From: an uncultured Rubrobacteraceae bacterium
GTDB lineage: Bacteria > Actinomycetota > Rubrobacteria > Rubrobacterales > Rubrobacteraceae
Assembly (NCBI GenBank): GCA_963800975.1
Contig: CAWDDB010000013.1
Span: 110,057-174,056 of the forward strand
Reading direction: 5' to 3'
DNA length: 64,000 nt
Position numbers and translations under genes: made by a program. The notes under the pieces were generated by a model. That model was not told the DNA's origin, did not search any database, and worked only from the letters and a program-made list of their open reading frames with translations. This document shows, piece by piece, positions 28,950 through 38,109 of the stretch (within the stretch, counting starts at the first letter, position 1; every line of letters starts with the position of its first letter).

Positions 28950-29936
28950 ATGGCCGAGAAGAACCTGCTGCAGGCCATCCACGACGGTCTGGCCGAGGAG
29001 ATGCGCTCCGACGACACCGTGATGGTGTTGGGCGAGGACGTGGGGCGGGCCGGCGGCGTCTTCAGGGTGACGCAGGGATTGCTGGAAGAGTTCGGACCGT
29101 CCAGGGTCATGGACACCCCGCTGGCAGAGAGCCTGATCGTCGGCTCCGCCATCGGCCTCTCCGTGAACGGGATGCGCCCCGTGGCCGAGATACAGTTCGC
29201 CGACTTTATCCCGCCGGCGTTCGATCAGATAGTGAGCGAGGCGGCCCGCTTCTACTACCGCTCGAACGGCGCGTGGGAGGTGCCCATTACCATAAGGGCC
29301 CCCTATGGCGTGGTGCCTGGCGGCGCGCTCTACCACTCCCAGAGCGTCGAAGCGTACTTCTGCAACACGCCAGGTCTCAAGGTCGTCGCCCCGACGTTCC
29401 CGGCCGACGCCCAGGCCATGATCAGGAGCGCCATCCGCGACCCCAACCCCGTCCTGTTTCTCGAGCACAAACGGACCTACCGCCTGATCAAGGAGGACGT
29501 CCCGGATAACGGGTTCGAGGTCCCTCTGAGTAAGGCCCGCGTGCACCGCGAAGGGACCGACCTGACGGTGGTCTCCTACGGGTTGACCCTCTACACGGCG
29601 CTGCAGGTGGCCCAGCAACTCTCCGAGGAGGAAGGCATCGAGGCCGAGGTCGTCGAGCCGCGCACGCTCTACCCGCTGGACAGGGAGACGATCCTCGAGT
29701 CCGCCAGGAAGACGGGCAAGTTCCTCGTCGTCTCGGAGGCGAACCTGACGGGGTCGGTGTCGGGCGAGATCGCGGCTATAGTAGCCCACGAGGCGTTCGA
29801 GTGGCTGGACGGGCCGGTGATGAGGGTCGGGGGGCCGGACATCCCGGCTGCGGCCTTCGCCAAGCCGATGATGGACTTCTTCGTCCCGAGCGCCGAAAAA
29901 ATAGGGTCGGCGATGCTCGAGCTTGCGCGGTACTAG
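28950..29936 (+). CDS. Branched-chain 2-oxoacid dehydrogenase E1 beta subunit
   Basis: ATG 28950 follows the E1a stop by 2 nt. MVLGEDVGRAGGVFRVTQGL and EIQFADFI are typical transketolase-like E1 beta motifs. Confidence 0.9.
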   Translation: MAEKNLLQAIHDGLAEEMRSDDTVMVLGEDVGRAGGVFRVTQGLLEEFGPSRVMDTPLAESLIVGSAIGLSVNGMRPVAEIQFADFIPPAFDQIVSEAARFYYRSNGAWEVPITIRAPYGVVPGGALYHSQSVEAYFCNTPGLKVVAPTFPADAQAMIRSAIRDPNPVLFLEHKRTYRLIKEDVPDNGFEVPLSKARVHREGTDLTVVSYGLTLYTALQVAQQLSEEEGIEAEVVEPRTLYPLDRETILESARKTGKFLVVSEANLTGSVSGEIAAIVAHEAFEWLDGPVMRVGGPDIPAAAFAKPMMDFFVPSAEKIGSAMLELARY

Positions 29937-29948
29937 AGGGGGGAGATA

Positions 29949-31268
29949 GTGGCGACGCCCGTAACGATGCCCCAACTCGGGGAGAGTGTGACGGAGGGGA
30001 CGATCACCCGCTGGCTTAAGGCCGAGGGCGACGAGATCGAGCTGGACGAGCCCCTGGCCGAGGTGGACACCGACAAGGTCAACGCCGAGCTCCCATCGCC
30101 GGTCGCGGGCACGATCGAGAAGCTCCTGGTCTCCGAAGGAACGACCGTGGACGTCGGCACCGAGATAGTCCTCGTCTCCGCAGGCGGAGACGAGCCCGCA
30201 TCCGAAGCTCAACCCCTCGAGGCCGTGACCGAGGAGTTCCCGGCCGCGGGAACCGAGGCGCAGCCGACCATGCGCGGGGACGGCGAGAAGCAGCGCGCGG
30301 TCGCCGAGGCGCGTGGCTCGCAGGGCGGCGGCAACGGCCGCGGGGCGGTCGAAGACGCCGAGACGCTGCGGCTGCGGCGCTCCTCGCCCGTGGTAAGACG
30401 GCTCGCCAGGGAGCACGAGGTCGACATCTCGGAGATCTCCGGCACCGGCACCGGCGGCCGGGTGACCAAGAAGGACATCACGAGCTTTATCCAGGAGCGC
30501 GGCGTGCAGAGGGAGAAGCCCGCCCGGGCCGCACCCGAGCGGGTGGCGATCCACGACGGCGACCGGGTCGTGGATCTGACGGGCATCAGGCGGGCCATCG
30601 CGAACCGCATGTCGCAGAGCAAGGCCGAGATACCGCACGCCTGGACGCTCGTCGAGGTCGACATGACGGGCCTCGCGGCGCTGCGCGAGCAGGAGAAGGC
30701 GTCCTTTGCCGAGAGCGAGGGCGTGAAGCTCACGTACCTGCCGTTCATCGTCAAGGCCGCGGTAGAGGGTCTCAAGGAGCAGCCGGTTCTCAACTCGGTG
30801 TGGGACGGGGACAGCATCGTCCTGCGGAGGCAGATCAACGTTGGGATAGCGGTCGACCTCGAAGAAGGAGCCCTGATCGTGCCCGTCATCCGCGGAGCCG
30901 ACGAGCTCAACATCGTCGGCCTCGCCCGCAAGTTAGACGATCTGGTGAGGCGAGCCAGGAGCCAGGAGCTCGACACTGAGGACGTCTCGGGCGGCACGTT
31001 CACCGTGAACAACCCGGGCGCTTTGGGTAGCGTGGCCTCGACCCCGATCATCAACCATCCGCAGGCCGCGATCCTGCAGGCCGAAGCCGTCGTGAAGCGT
31101 CCGGTCGTCGTTGGCGACGCCGGCGGCGAAGCCATCGCGATCCGCAGCATGATGAACCTCGAGGTCTCCTTCGACCACCGCATCCTCGACGGCGGCGTGG
31201 CCCTGCGCTTCCTCAACTCGGTCAAGGACCGTCTGGAGGGCTATGGTCCCGAGAGCGGCATCGGGTGA
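29949..31268 (+). CDS. Dihydrolipoamide acyltransferase (E2) of the 2-oxoacid dehydrogenase complex
   Basis: Lipoyl domain with EVDTDKV, a peripheral subunit-binding domain (SPVVRRLAREHEVDISEISGTGTGGRVTKKD), and a catalytic DHRILDG. Confidence 0.9.
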   Translation: MATPVTMPQLGESVTEGTITRWLKAEGDEIELDEPLAEVDTDKVNAELPSPVAGTIEKLLVSEGTTVDVGTEIVLVSAGGDEPASEAQPLEAVTEEFPAAGTEAQPTMRGDGEKQRAVAEARGSQGGGNGRGAVEDAETLRLRRSSPVVRRLAREHEVDISEISGTGTGGRVTKKDITSFIQERGVQREKPARAAPERVAIHDGDRVVDLTGIRRAIANRMSQSKAEIPHAWTLVEVDMTGLAALREQEKASFAESEGVKLTYLPFIVKAAVEGLKEQPVLNSVWDGDSIVLRRQINVGIAVDLEEGALIVPVIRGADELNIVGLARKLDDLVRRARSQELDTEDVSGGTFTVNNPGALGSVASTPIINHPQAAILQAEAVVKRPVVVGDAGGEAIAIRSMMNLEVSFDHRILDGGVALRFLNSVKDRLEGYGPESGIG

Positions 31269-31298
31269 GGCGTCCGCGTAACGGGCGCCGCTAGATCG

Positions 31299-31859
31299 GT
31301 GGGCGGGATACGGCTCGTCGAAGCCGAGACGGTTCTCGAGACAGAAAGGCTGTTGCTCGAGCCGCTGCTGCTGCGGCACGCGGCGGCGCTGTACGGGATC
31401 TTGCGGGACCCCCGGATCTACCGCTACATCCCTCAGGAGCCGCCCGAGACGCTCGAAGCGCTGGAAGAGCGCTACCAGATGCTGGAGTCCCGCCTCTCTC
31501 CGCGGGGCGACGAGGCTTGGTTGAACTGGGCCATCCGGCTGAAGGAAGCGCCGCGGTACGTGGGACGGGTCGAGGCATCCGTCTTGCCGGACGGCACCGC
31601 GCAGATCGCGTACGAGCTGTCGCCCGGTTTCTGGGGCGCGGGATACGCGACCGAAGCGTGCCGACGCGTGCTGTCCCTGCTGTTCTCGGGCTACCGCGTT
31701 GGCGAGGTTACGGCCGAGGTCGACACGCGCAACGGGGCTTCGATCAGCTTGCTCGAGCGCCTGGGGTTCGAGCGCGTCGGGTACCAGGCCGAGGCCGACT
31801 ACTTCAAGGGTAGCCCGAGCGACGAGTACACCTACCGGCTCCTGACTCCCGAAGCGTAA
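31299..31859 (+). CDS. GNAT N-acetyltransferase (RimJ/RimL-like)
   Basis: TERLLLEPL..., FWGAGYATEA and NGASISLLERLGFE are present. Confidence 0.8.
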   Translation: MGGIRLVEAETVLETERLLLEPLLLRHAAALYGILRDPRIYRYIPQEPPETLEALEERYQMLESRLSPRGDEAWLNWAIRLKEAPRYVGRVEASVLPDGTAQIAYELSPGFWGAGYATEACRRVLSLLFSGYRVGEVTAEVDTRNGASISLLERLGFERVGYQAEADYFKGSPSDEYTYRLLTPEA

Positions 31860-31953
31860 CCGAGCGGCACGGGGTCAGCTGAGGTCGAAGATACGTCGCA
31901 GGCCGGAAGCGGCACAGCGATCGATCGTGCGCCTCGACGGTTCTTTCGATCGT

Positions 31954-31959
31954 TATAAT
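31954..31959 (+). promoter_or_regulatory. Candidate -10 hexamer (TATAAT)
   Basis: A perfect TATAAT lies 31 nt upstream of the TTG start at 31991. Confidence 0.3.
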
Positions 31960-31990
31960 GACGGCGAGCGGAGAGGTCAGGTGAAGTCCA

Positions 31991-32542
31991 TTGAGCCCGG
32001 GCACGAGAGCGACGATAAACGCCCTGTACCAGGTTGCGGATAACGGCAAGGCAGAACTCGTCGATGGGGAGATAGTGCTGATGCCGCCAACTGGCGGGAT
32101 CCCGGGGCGGGCGGGCGGCGAGATCTACGTCGCCTTGCGCGACCACGAGCGGCGCACCGGACGCGGCTACGCGTTCCCGGACAACGTTGGCTTCGTGGTG
32201 CACTTACCGCGGCGTGGTTCGTTCAGCCCCGACGCCGCGTTCCACCCCGGCCCGCTGCGGGGCGGACGATTCCTGGACGGCGCTCCTGCATTCGCCGCGG
32301 AGGTCCGCGGCGAGGGAGATTACGGGGAGGGGGCCGAGCGTGAGATGGCCGAGAAACGGGCCGATTACTTTGCCGCCGGTACCGCGGTAGTGTGGGACGT
32401 CGACGTGCTGCGCGAGCGCGTCGTGCGCGTCTACCGGGCTGACGACCCGGATCGGCCGACGGTCTATCGGAGCGGCGAGATGGCCGAAGCCGAGCCCGCC
32501 CTGCCGGGATGGTCCATGCCGGTCGACGACCTCTTGCCGTAG
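31991..32542 (+). CDS. Uma2 family (DUF820) putative restriction-endonuclease-like protein
   Basis: AELVDGEIVLMPP..., EIYVAL and PDAAF...APAFAAEV fit the Uma2 PD-(D/E)xK-like pattern. Confidence 0.7.
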   Translation: MSPGTRATINALYQVADNGKAELVDGEIVLMPPTGGIPGRAGGEIYVALRDHERRTGRGYAFPDNVGFVVHLPRRGSFSPDAAFHPGPLRGGRFLDGAPAFAAEVRGEGDYGEGAEREMAEKRADYFAAGTAVVWDVDVLRERVVRVYRADDPDRPTVYRSGEMAEAEPALPGWSMPVDDLLP

Positions 32543-32546
32543 CGGC

Positions 32547-33824
32547 TTGACGCAATCTCACGCAAACCCGGATCCTACCGACGCCCGGTTCGAGGAGCTG
32601 ATCGAAACGGTGCTGCGTCGCGTGGATCGTGAAAACCTGACGCGCCTGGTTCGGGATCTCGTCCGCATCCCGAGCGTTTACCGGCCCGAGGAGCCCGGGG
32701 GCAACGAGGAGCGGGTGGCTGGCTTCGTCGCCGACTACCTGGAACGGGAAGGCTTCGAGGTCGACGTGGAGGAGGTCGCGCCGGGACGCCCGAACGTGTG
32801 GGCGGTGTGGGAGGGGGAGAGGCCGGGCAAGACGTTGCTGTTCGAGGCGCACACCGACGTCGTTACCGAGGGGCGTGCGGGGGACTGGGAGCACCCGCCT
32901 TTCGAGGCCGAGCGGGTCGGGGATCGCATCTACGGCCGGGGGGCTTGCGACACGAAGGGCAACCTGGCGGCGGCGGTCCTGGCCGTCGCGGCGATCAAGG
33001 ACTCAGGGGTGCCGTTTCCCGGCAGGATCGTCCTCTGCCATCCCGTGGACGAGGAGGGGATGATGGTGGGCATCAAGGCCTTTATCGAGGGTGGACACGC
33101 CGAAGGGGTGGACGGCGCCGTTATCTGCGAGCCCGAGGAGAACCAGCTCTGCGTAAAGCAGAAGGGGGCCTTGAGGATCGAGGTCAAGTTCCAGGGAAGG
33201 ATGGCGCACGGGGCGATGCCACTTAGCGGCATCAACCCCGTCACCCACGCGGCGCGCTTCGTGGTCGCCGTCGAGGAGCTGGAGCGGGAGGAGAAGGCGA
33301 GCCACGGCGAGGACCCCTTCCTCGGCTACCCGAGCCTGACGCCGACGATCCTGCTGGGGCCGGATCGCGGGGAGCCGCAGCTGAACGTTATCCCCGCCAG
33401 CGCCTACGTCGCCCTGGATATCCGAACGGTCCCGAGCCAGTCGCACGAGGACCTCGTCCGCAGCCTCCGGGGACGCCTCGAGCGGCTCGAATCCGAGGAC
33501 CCGGACTTCGACGCGGAGCTCGAGGTGATCGAGGAGCGCCCCCCGACCGAGACCCCGATGGACGACCCGCTGGTGCGGTCCATGTCCGCGGCGTACCGGG
33601 GCCTTACCGGGGAGGAGCCCACCTACAACGGTGTTCCGGGCGCGACGGACGGGACGTACCTGAGTTCTTGGGCTGGCGTCCCCATCGTCACCACGGGGGC
33701 CGGGGAGCGCGAGATCCCGCACCACAAGGACGAATGGGTCGGCGTTGAGGAGCTTCTCACCACCTGCAAGCTCTACGCCGCCACCGCCATGTACTTCTGT
33801 TACGGAAAGGATGCAGATGTTTGA
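32547..33824 (+). CDS. M20 family metallohydrolase (ArgE/DapE-type deacylase)
   Basis: EAHTDVV, GRGACDTKG, HPVDEEG, and a dimerisation-domain region with a C-terminal HHKDEWV. Confidence 0.85.
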   Translation: MTQSHANPDPTDARFEELIETVLRRVDRENLTRLVRDLVRIPSVYRPEEPGGNEERVAGFVADYLEREGFEVDVEEVAPGRPNVWAVWEGERPGKTLLFEAHTDVVTEGRAGDWEHPPFEAERVGDRIYGRGACDTKGNLAAAVLAVAAIKDSGVPFPGRIVLCHPVDEEGMMVGIKAFIEGGHAEGVDGAVICEPEENQLCVKQKGALRIEVKFQGRMAHGAMPLSGINPVTHAARFVVAVEELEREEKASHGEDPFLGYPSLTPTILLGPDRGEPQLNVIPASAYVALDIRTVPSQSHEDLVRSLRGRLERLESEDPDFDAELEVIEERPPTETPMDDPLVRSMSAAYRGLTGEEPTYNGVPGATDGTYLSSWAGVPIVTTGAGEREIPHHKDEWVGVEELLTTCKLYAATAMYFCYGKDADV

Positions 33825-34599
33825 CTACAGATCTATGTTCGACCTAACCGACAAGAAGGCGCTCGTCGTTGGGGCCGGGAGCGGAATCGGGGAGGCCGGG
33901 GCGCACGCGCTCGCGGCCTTCGGGGCCGTCGTGTTCTGCGCCGACGCCAACGTCGAGGCCGCCGAAGGCACGGCCGAGGAGGCCAGGTCCCAGGGCTGGA
34001 AGGCCGAGGCCGTCGAGCTCGACATGCTCGACCCGGAGAGCGTCGACGCGGCCTCGGAGCGCGTAGGCGTCCCGGACGTGCTGGTGAGCACGCCGAGCGT
34101 CAACGTCAGGAAGGCGCTGCTGGATTACACCGACGAGGAGTTCGACAAGGTCATAGACCTCAACCTCAAGGGCACCTTCCGGCTCTGCCGGGAGTTCGGG
34201 CGCGGCATGGCCGAGAGGGGCACGGGGAGCATAATCGCGTTCTCGAGCATCCGGGGTCAGGTCGTCGAGCCGGGGCAGAGCGTCTACGCGGCTACGAAGT
34301 CCGGGACGGTGCAGATGCTGCGGGCGCTGGCGGCCGAGCTCGGGCCGCGGGGCGTGCGGGCCAACGCCATCGGCCCTGGCATCGTCGAGACGCCGCTGAC
34401 GGCCCAGATCAAGGACAGCCCCGACTGGTGGAACTCCTACGCGGAAAAGAGCATCCTCGAGCGCTGGGCCAAGCCGCACGAGATGGCAGGCATGATCGTG
34501 TACCTGGCCTCGGACGCGAGCTCCTACGTGACCGGCGCCTTCATGATGGTGGACGGCGGCTGGACCGCCGCCGACGGCCGCTTCAAACCACCGCTATAG
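33811..34599 (+). CDS. SDR family oxidoreductase
   Basis: GAGSGIGEA (TGxxxGxG), NVRK, and YAATKSG (YxxxK). The start is ATG 33811 or 33817 after GGAAAGGA, overlapping the M20 stop. Confidence 0.85.
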   Translation: MQMFDYRSMFDLTDKKALVVGAGSGIGEAGAHALAAFGAVVFCADANVEAAEGTAEEARSQGWKAEAVELDMLDPESVDAASERVGVPDVLVSTPSVNVRKALLDYTDEEFDKVIDLNLKGTFRLCREFGRGMAERGTGSIIAFSSIRGQVVEPGQSVYAATKSGTVQMLRALAAELGPRGVRANAIGPGIVETPLTAQIKDSPDWWNSYAEKSILERWAKPHEMAGMIVYLASDASSYVTGAFMMVDGGWTAADGRFKPPL

Positions 34600-34610
34600 A
34601 GTTAGGAATG

Positions 34611-34798
34611 CGGAATTAGGAATGATGAATTGGAGGTAGGCGGGAGGTTCGCGTCTTTGTCGGAACGGGGTTTTCGGCCTGCGGGTTCGGACCCTCGACC
34701 GATCTCCGATCTTCCGAACTACCCGCGGGCCTTCCCATGGTGACGGTAGGCACTCGAGAAAACAATTCCAAGTTCCTCATTCATCATTCCTAATTCCG
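34611..34798. repeat. Perfect 20-bp AT-rich inverted repeat pair flanking a 148-bp GC-rich spacer
   Basis: CGGAATTAGGAATGATGAAT (34611-34630) is the exact reverse complement of ATTCATCATTCCTAATTCCG (34779-34798). The spacer contains its own interrupted hairpin (34681-34691 / 34713-34726). The element sits between the SDR stop and the ECF promoter. Confidence 0.85.
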
Positions 34799-34802
34799 AG
34801 GT

Positions 34803-34831
34803 TTGACAGTTCGCACATAGCTGCGGATACT
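34803..34831 (+). promoter_or_regulatory. Candidate sigma-70-type promoter of the ECF transporter operon
   Basis: TTGACA (34803-08), a 17-nt spacer, then GATACT (34826-31). GTG 34864 is preceded by GGAGG. Confidence 0.55.
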
Positions 34832-34863
34832 TCACGCGGGCTCGGACAAACGGAGGTGCCAGA

Positions 34864-35463
34864 GTGACGGCTAATTCGGGTAGCGACCGGGGTGGCTCGG
34901 TCTTCAGCTTGAGCGTCCGGCAGATCGTCATAGCCGGGATCCTTGGCGGGATCGCGATCTTCCTCGGCGCCACCCAGCTCGGCTTTATACCCGTGCCGAA
35001 CCTCTCGGGCCGGGCGACCATCATGCACGTGCCCGTGATCCTGGGCGGCGCTCTCGAGGGACCGATGGTCGGCACCATTGTGGGCCTCATCTTCGGCATC
35101 TTCTCCTTTATCCAGGCGGACGTGCCCTTCTTCAGGGACCCGCTGGTCTCCATCCTGCCGCGGTTGCCCATCGGTATCGTGTCCTGGGCCGTCTTCGCCG
35201 CCCTGCGCAGCCGCAGCCTGGACCTCGCGTCGGCAGCGGCCGGCGTGCTCGGCTCCCTCACCAACACCGTCGGGGTGCTCGGGATGGCGGTGCTGCTCGG
35301 GTACCTGCCGCTCGCGGCCACCGTCCCGATCATCCCGCAGGCCATCGCCGAGGCGGTCCTGGCCGCGGTCGTCACGGTCGTCGTGGTGCGGGGCGTGATG
35401 CTATTCCGCAGCGGGCGGACTACCGCGCCCGAGGTGGGGCCCGACGAAGAGCGCCGCTACTAG
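34864..35463 (+). CDS. ECF transporter substrate-specific (S) component, substrate unknown
   Basis: 199 aa and about 6 TM. The pattern ...MHVPVILGGALEGPMVGTIVGLIFGI... is typical of ECF S components. It is immediately followed by ecfA/A'/T. Confidence 0.7.
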   Translation: MTANSGSDRGGSVFSLSVRQIVIAGILGGIAIFLGATQLGFIPVPNLSGRATIMHVPVILGGALEGPMVGTIVGLIFGIFSFIQADVPFFRDPLVSILPRLPIGIVSWAVFAALRSRSLDLASAAAGVLGSLTNTVGVLGMAVLLGYLPLAATVPIIPQAIAEAVLAAVVTVVVVRGVMLFRSGRTTAPEVGPDEERRY

Positions 35464-35481
35464 CGGGGCGACGCAGGCGCG

Positions 35482-36336
35482 ATGATCGAGATCGAGGGGG
35501 TCTCTTTCGCCTACAGGACGGGCGAGGCGGACGCCGTGCCGGCGCTGCGGGATCTGAACCTGCGGATCGATCCCGGCCAGCTCGTGGCGATCATCGGGCA
35601 CAACGGCTCGGGGAAGAGCACGCTGGTCAAGCTGCTGACCGCCGTCCTGTACCCGCTCGAGGGCGCCATCCGGATAGACGGCGTCCCGGTGCGCGTGCAG
35701 GACCAGTGGAAGATCCGCGAGCGGGTGGCGGTCGTCTTCCAGGACCCGGACGACCAGCTGATCATGAACCGGGTCGCCGACGACATCGCCTTCGGCCCCG
35801 AGAACCTCGGGATCGCGCGCGAGGAGATAGGGGAGCGCGTCGCGTTCGCGATCGAGGCGCTCGGCCTGCAGGATATCTCGGGCACCCTGATCGAGGACCT
35901 CTCGCCCGGGCAGAAGCAGAGGGTCGCGATAGCCGGCGCCCTGGCCATGCAGCCCAGGTACCTGATCCTGGACGAGCCGACCTCGCTGCTTCCGGCCCCC
36001 GTGGCGATGCGCCTGATCTCCACGGTCAGGGACCTTAGCCGCCGGGAGGGGATGGGCGTCCTCCACGTTACCCACTCGATGTCCGAGGCGGTCCTCTTCG
36101 ACCGCGTGGTCGTCATGGACGCGGGCCGCAAGGTGATGGACGGCACCCCGGCCGAGGTCTTCCGGCGCGTCGAGGAGCTGCGCGAGATCGGGCTCGACGT
36201 GCCGCTGGCCGCGAGCCTCGCGCACAGGCTGCGCTCGCGCGGGGTGCCGCTCGAAGGAGAGATCCTCGGCCCCGAGGACCTGCGCGCCGCGCTCTCTGGG
36301 CTGGAGGACACGCCCGCGGGAGCGTCGGGACGATGA
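35482..36336 (+). CDS. ecfA1: ECF transporter ATPase component EcfA1
   Basis: Walker A GHNGSGKST, signature LSPGQKQRVAIAG, Walker B LILDEPTS. Confidence 0.85.
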   Translation: MIEIEGVSFAYRTGEADAVPALRDLNLRIDPGQLVAIIGHNGSGKSTLVKLLTAVLYPLEGAIRIDGVPVRVQDQWKIRERVAVVFQDPDDQLIMNRVADDIAFGPENLGIAREEIGERVAFAIEALGLQDISGTLIEDLSPGQKQRVAIAGALAMQPRYLILDEPTSLLPAPVAMRLISTVRDLSRREGMGVLHVTHSMSEAVLFDRVVVMDAGRKVMDGTPAEVFRRVEELREIGLDVPLAASLAHRLRSRGVPLEGEILGPEDLRAALSGLEDTPAGASGR

Positions 36337-37205
36337 ACGGCGAGGAGCCGCCGATCCTCGAGCTGCGGGACTTCCGATACACCTACCTGGAAGGCACACC
36401 GAAGGCGAACGAGGCGATACGCGACGTGTCGTTCTCCATAAGCCGCGGCGAGCGCGTCGCGATAGTCGGGCCGACGCACTCGGGCAAATCCACCGTCGTG
36501 GACTCCTTCGCCCACCTGCTGCGCCTCAAGGGGGAACAGGTCTTCTACGAGGGAGAGGACATCGCGGCCCCCGGCTACGACCGCTCGGCGCTGCGCCGGA
36601 AGGTCGGCATCGTCTTCCAGCGTCCGGACTCGCAGCTAATAGAGGACGTTGTCGGCGCGGACGTGGCCTTCGGCCCGACCGCCGCTGGGATCACCGCGGA
36701 GGAGACGCGCGAGCGCGTCGAGGAGAGCCTCGACGCCCTGGGATTGCCTTACCAGGACTTCCGGCTCAGGTACGTGCACGCGCTCTCGGGCGGACAGCGC
36801 CGCAGGGTGGCGATAGCCGGCGTCATCGCGATGCGCACGCCCGTCCTGGTTCTCGACGAGCCGATGGCTGGCCTCGACCCGAGGGGCCGGCGCGAGCTGC
36901 TCGGGCTGCTGCGCCGGCTCGCCGACGACCGCGACCTCACCCTGGTCGTCTGCTCGGCCTCGCTCGGCGACGCGAGTCTCCTGTGCGACCGGGTCATCGT
37001 CCTGAGCGACGGTCGCGTCGCGATGGACGGGCCATTGCGCGAGGTCCTGCGCGACGCCGACGCGCTCGCGGCGCTCGACGTCACGCTCCCCGAACCCGTC
37101 GAAGGCGCGAGGGAGCTCAGGAAGCTGTTCCCGGATCTCCCGGCGGACATCCTGACGGAGGACGAGCTGGAGGCCGCGCTGCTCGAGCGGCTGGGCGTGG
37201 CGTAG
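36333..37205 (+). CDS. ecfA2: ECF transporter ATPase component EcfA2
   Basis: Walker [10 protein letters not shown], signature [13 protein letters not shown], Walker [12 protein letters not shown]. There is a 4-nt overlap with ecfA1. Confidence 0.85.
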   Translation: MNGEEPPILELRDFRYTYLEGTPKANEAIRDVSFSISRGERVAIVGPTHSGKSTVVDSFAHLLRLKGEQVFYEGEDIAAPGYDRSALRRKVGIVFQRPDSQLIEDVVGADVAFGPTAAGITAEETRERVEESLDALGLPYQDFRLRYVHALSGGQRRRVAIAGVIAMRTPVLVLDEPMAGLDPRGRRELLGLLRRLADDRDLTLVVCSASLGDASLLCDRVIVLSDGRVAMDGPLREVLRDADALAALDVTLPEPVEGARELRKLFPDLPADILTEDELEAALLERLGVA

Positions 37206-38017
37206 TGCTCGAGCTGCAGCGAAACGTCGTCTTCGGGCAGTTCGTGGACACGGGGTCCGTCATCCACCGCATGGACCCCCGCATAAAGCTTGCGGCGACC
37301 TTCGCGATGCTCGTCGCCTCCTTCGTCATAGACGACTTCCTCGGCTTCGCGGTGGCGCTCGCGCTGCTGGTCGTGATCCAGCTAGTCTCCCGCATTCCCC
37401 TCGGCTACCTCCTGCGGGGCTCCGGCTTCTTTATAGGGTTCCTGCTGTTCATCCTTGTCTTCCAGATTCTCTTCTACCCCGGGGAGGTGGCCGAGGGAGA
37501 TTACCTGTGGCGCTGGGGCATACTCTCGATCTCGACCGAGGGTCTCAGGGCGGCCGGGATCCTGGGTCTGCGCGTGATCTTCCTTTACTACGTCACCACG
37601 ATGCTGATGCTGGCGACCTCCCTCGTCGACCTGACCAACGGCCTGGAGCTGATCTTCGGCCCGCTGCAGAGGCTGAGGGTCCCGGTCAACGAGCTGGTCC
37701 TCGTCTTCGTCATCGCCATCAAGTTCGTCCCCATCTTTATAGAGGAGGTCGAGCGCCTGGCCCGCGCCCAGACCGCCCGCGGCGTCCCCTTCGACGAGGG
37801 CGGCGCCGTAAAACGCGCCCGCCGCCTGGGAAGGCTCCTGGTCCCGATCTTTATCGGTGGCTTCGCCCGCGCCGACGTCCTCACGACCGCCATGAACACC
37901 CGCTGCTACCGCGGCGGCCGCCGCCGAACCAAGTTCCGCCAGCTCAGCACCAGGCCCTCAGACTGGCTCATCCTCGCCCTGGTCGTCGTCTGGATGGTCG
38001 CCGCCTGGCTCGTTTAG
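37205..38017 (+). CDS. ecfT: ECF transporter transmembrane (T) component EcfT
   Basis: GTG 37205 overlaps the ecfA2 stop. Multi-TM, with the conserved coupling motif ARAQTARGV. Confidence 0.85.
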   Translation: MLELQRNVVFGQFVDTGSVIHRMDPRIKLAATFAMLVASFVIDDFLGFAVALALLVVIQLVSRIPLGYLLRGSGFFIGFLLFILVFQILFYPGEVAEGDYLWRWGILSISTEGLRAAGILGLRVIFLYYVTTMLMLATSLVDLTNGLELIFGPLQRLRVPVNELVLVFVIAIKFVPIFIEEVERLARAQTARGVPFDEGGAVKRARRLGRLLVPIFIGGFARADVLTTAMNTRCYRGGRRRTKFRQLSTRPSDWLILALVVVWMVAAWLV

Positions 38018-38039
38018 CGCTCAGGCTTAGCCTGAGCGC
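38017..38039 (+). terminator. Strong hairpin directly after the ecfT stop
   Basis: GCGCTCAGGC-TTA-GCCTGAGCGC (10-bp perfect stem), with no U-tract. A second hairpin, GCGCCC-GAA-GGGCGC, lies at 38075-38089. Confidence 0.5.
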
Positions 38040-38090
38040 GCACGCCTGCGTCGCTGGCCGACGCGTGCTGACAAGCGCCCGAAGGGCGCG

Positions 38091-38099
38091 TGCTAGAAT
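38091..38099 (+). promoter_or_regulatory. Candidate extended -10 (TGCTAGAAT) for the carboxylase operon, possibly giving a leaderless or near-leaderless mRNA
   Basis: TGn + TAGAAT ends 10 nt before ATG 38110, and there is no SD between them. Confidence 0.4.
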
Positions 38100-38109
38100 T
38101 CCTGCTGCT

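Noticed and set aside
34631-34863. A known riboswitch (TPP, preQ1, THF, cobalamin) in front of the ECF S-component gene.
   Set aside because: I looked for the core strings (CUGAGA...ACCUGAUCUGGAUAAUGCCAGCG for TPP, and the C-rich loop plus A-rich tail for preQ1-I) and found none. Only an Infernal/Rfam scan could exclude divergent members.
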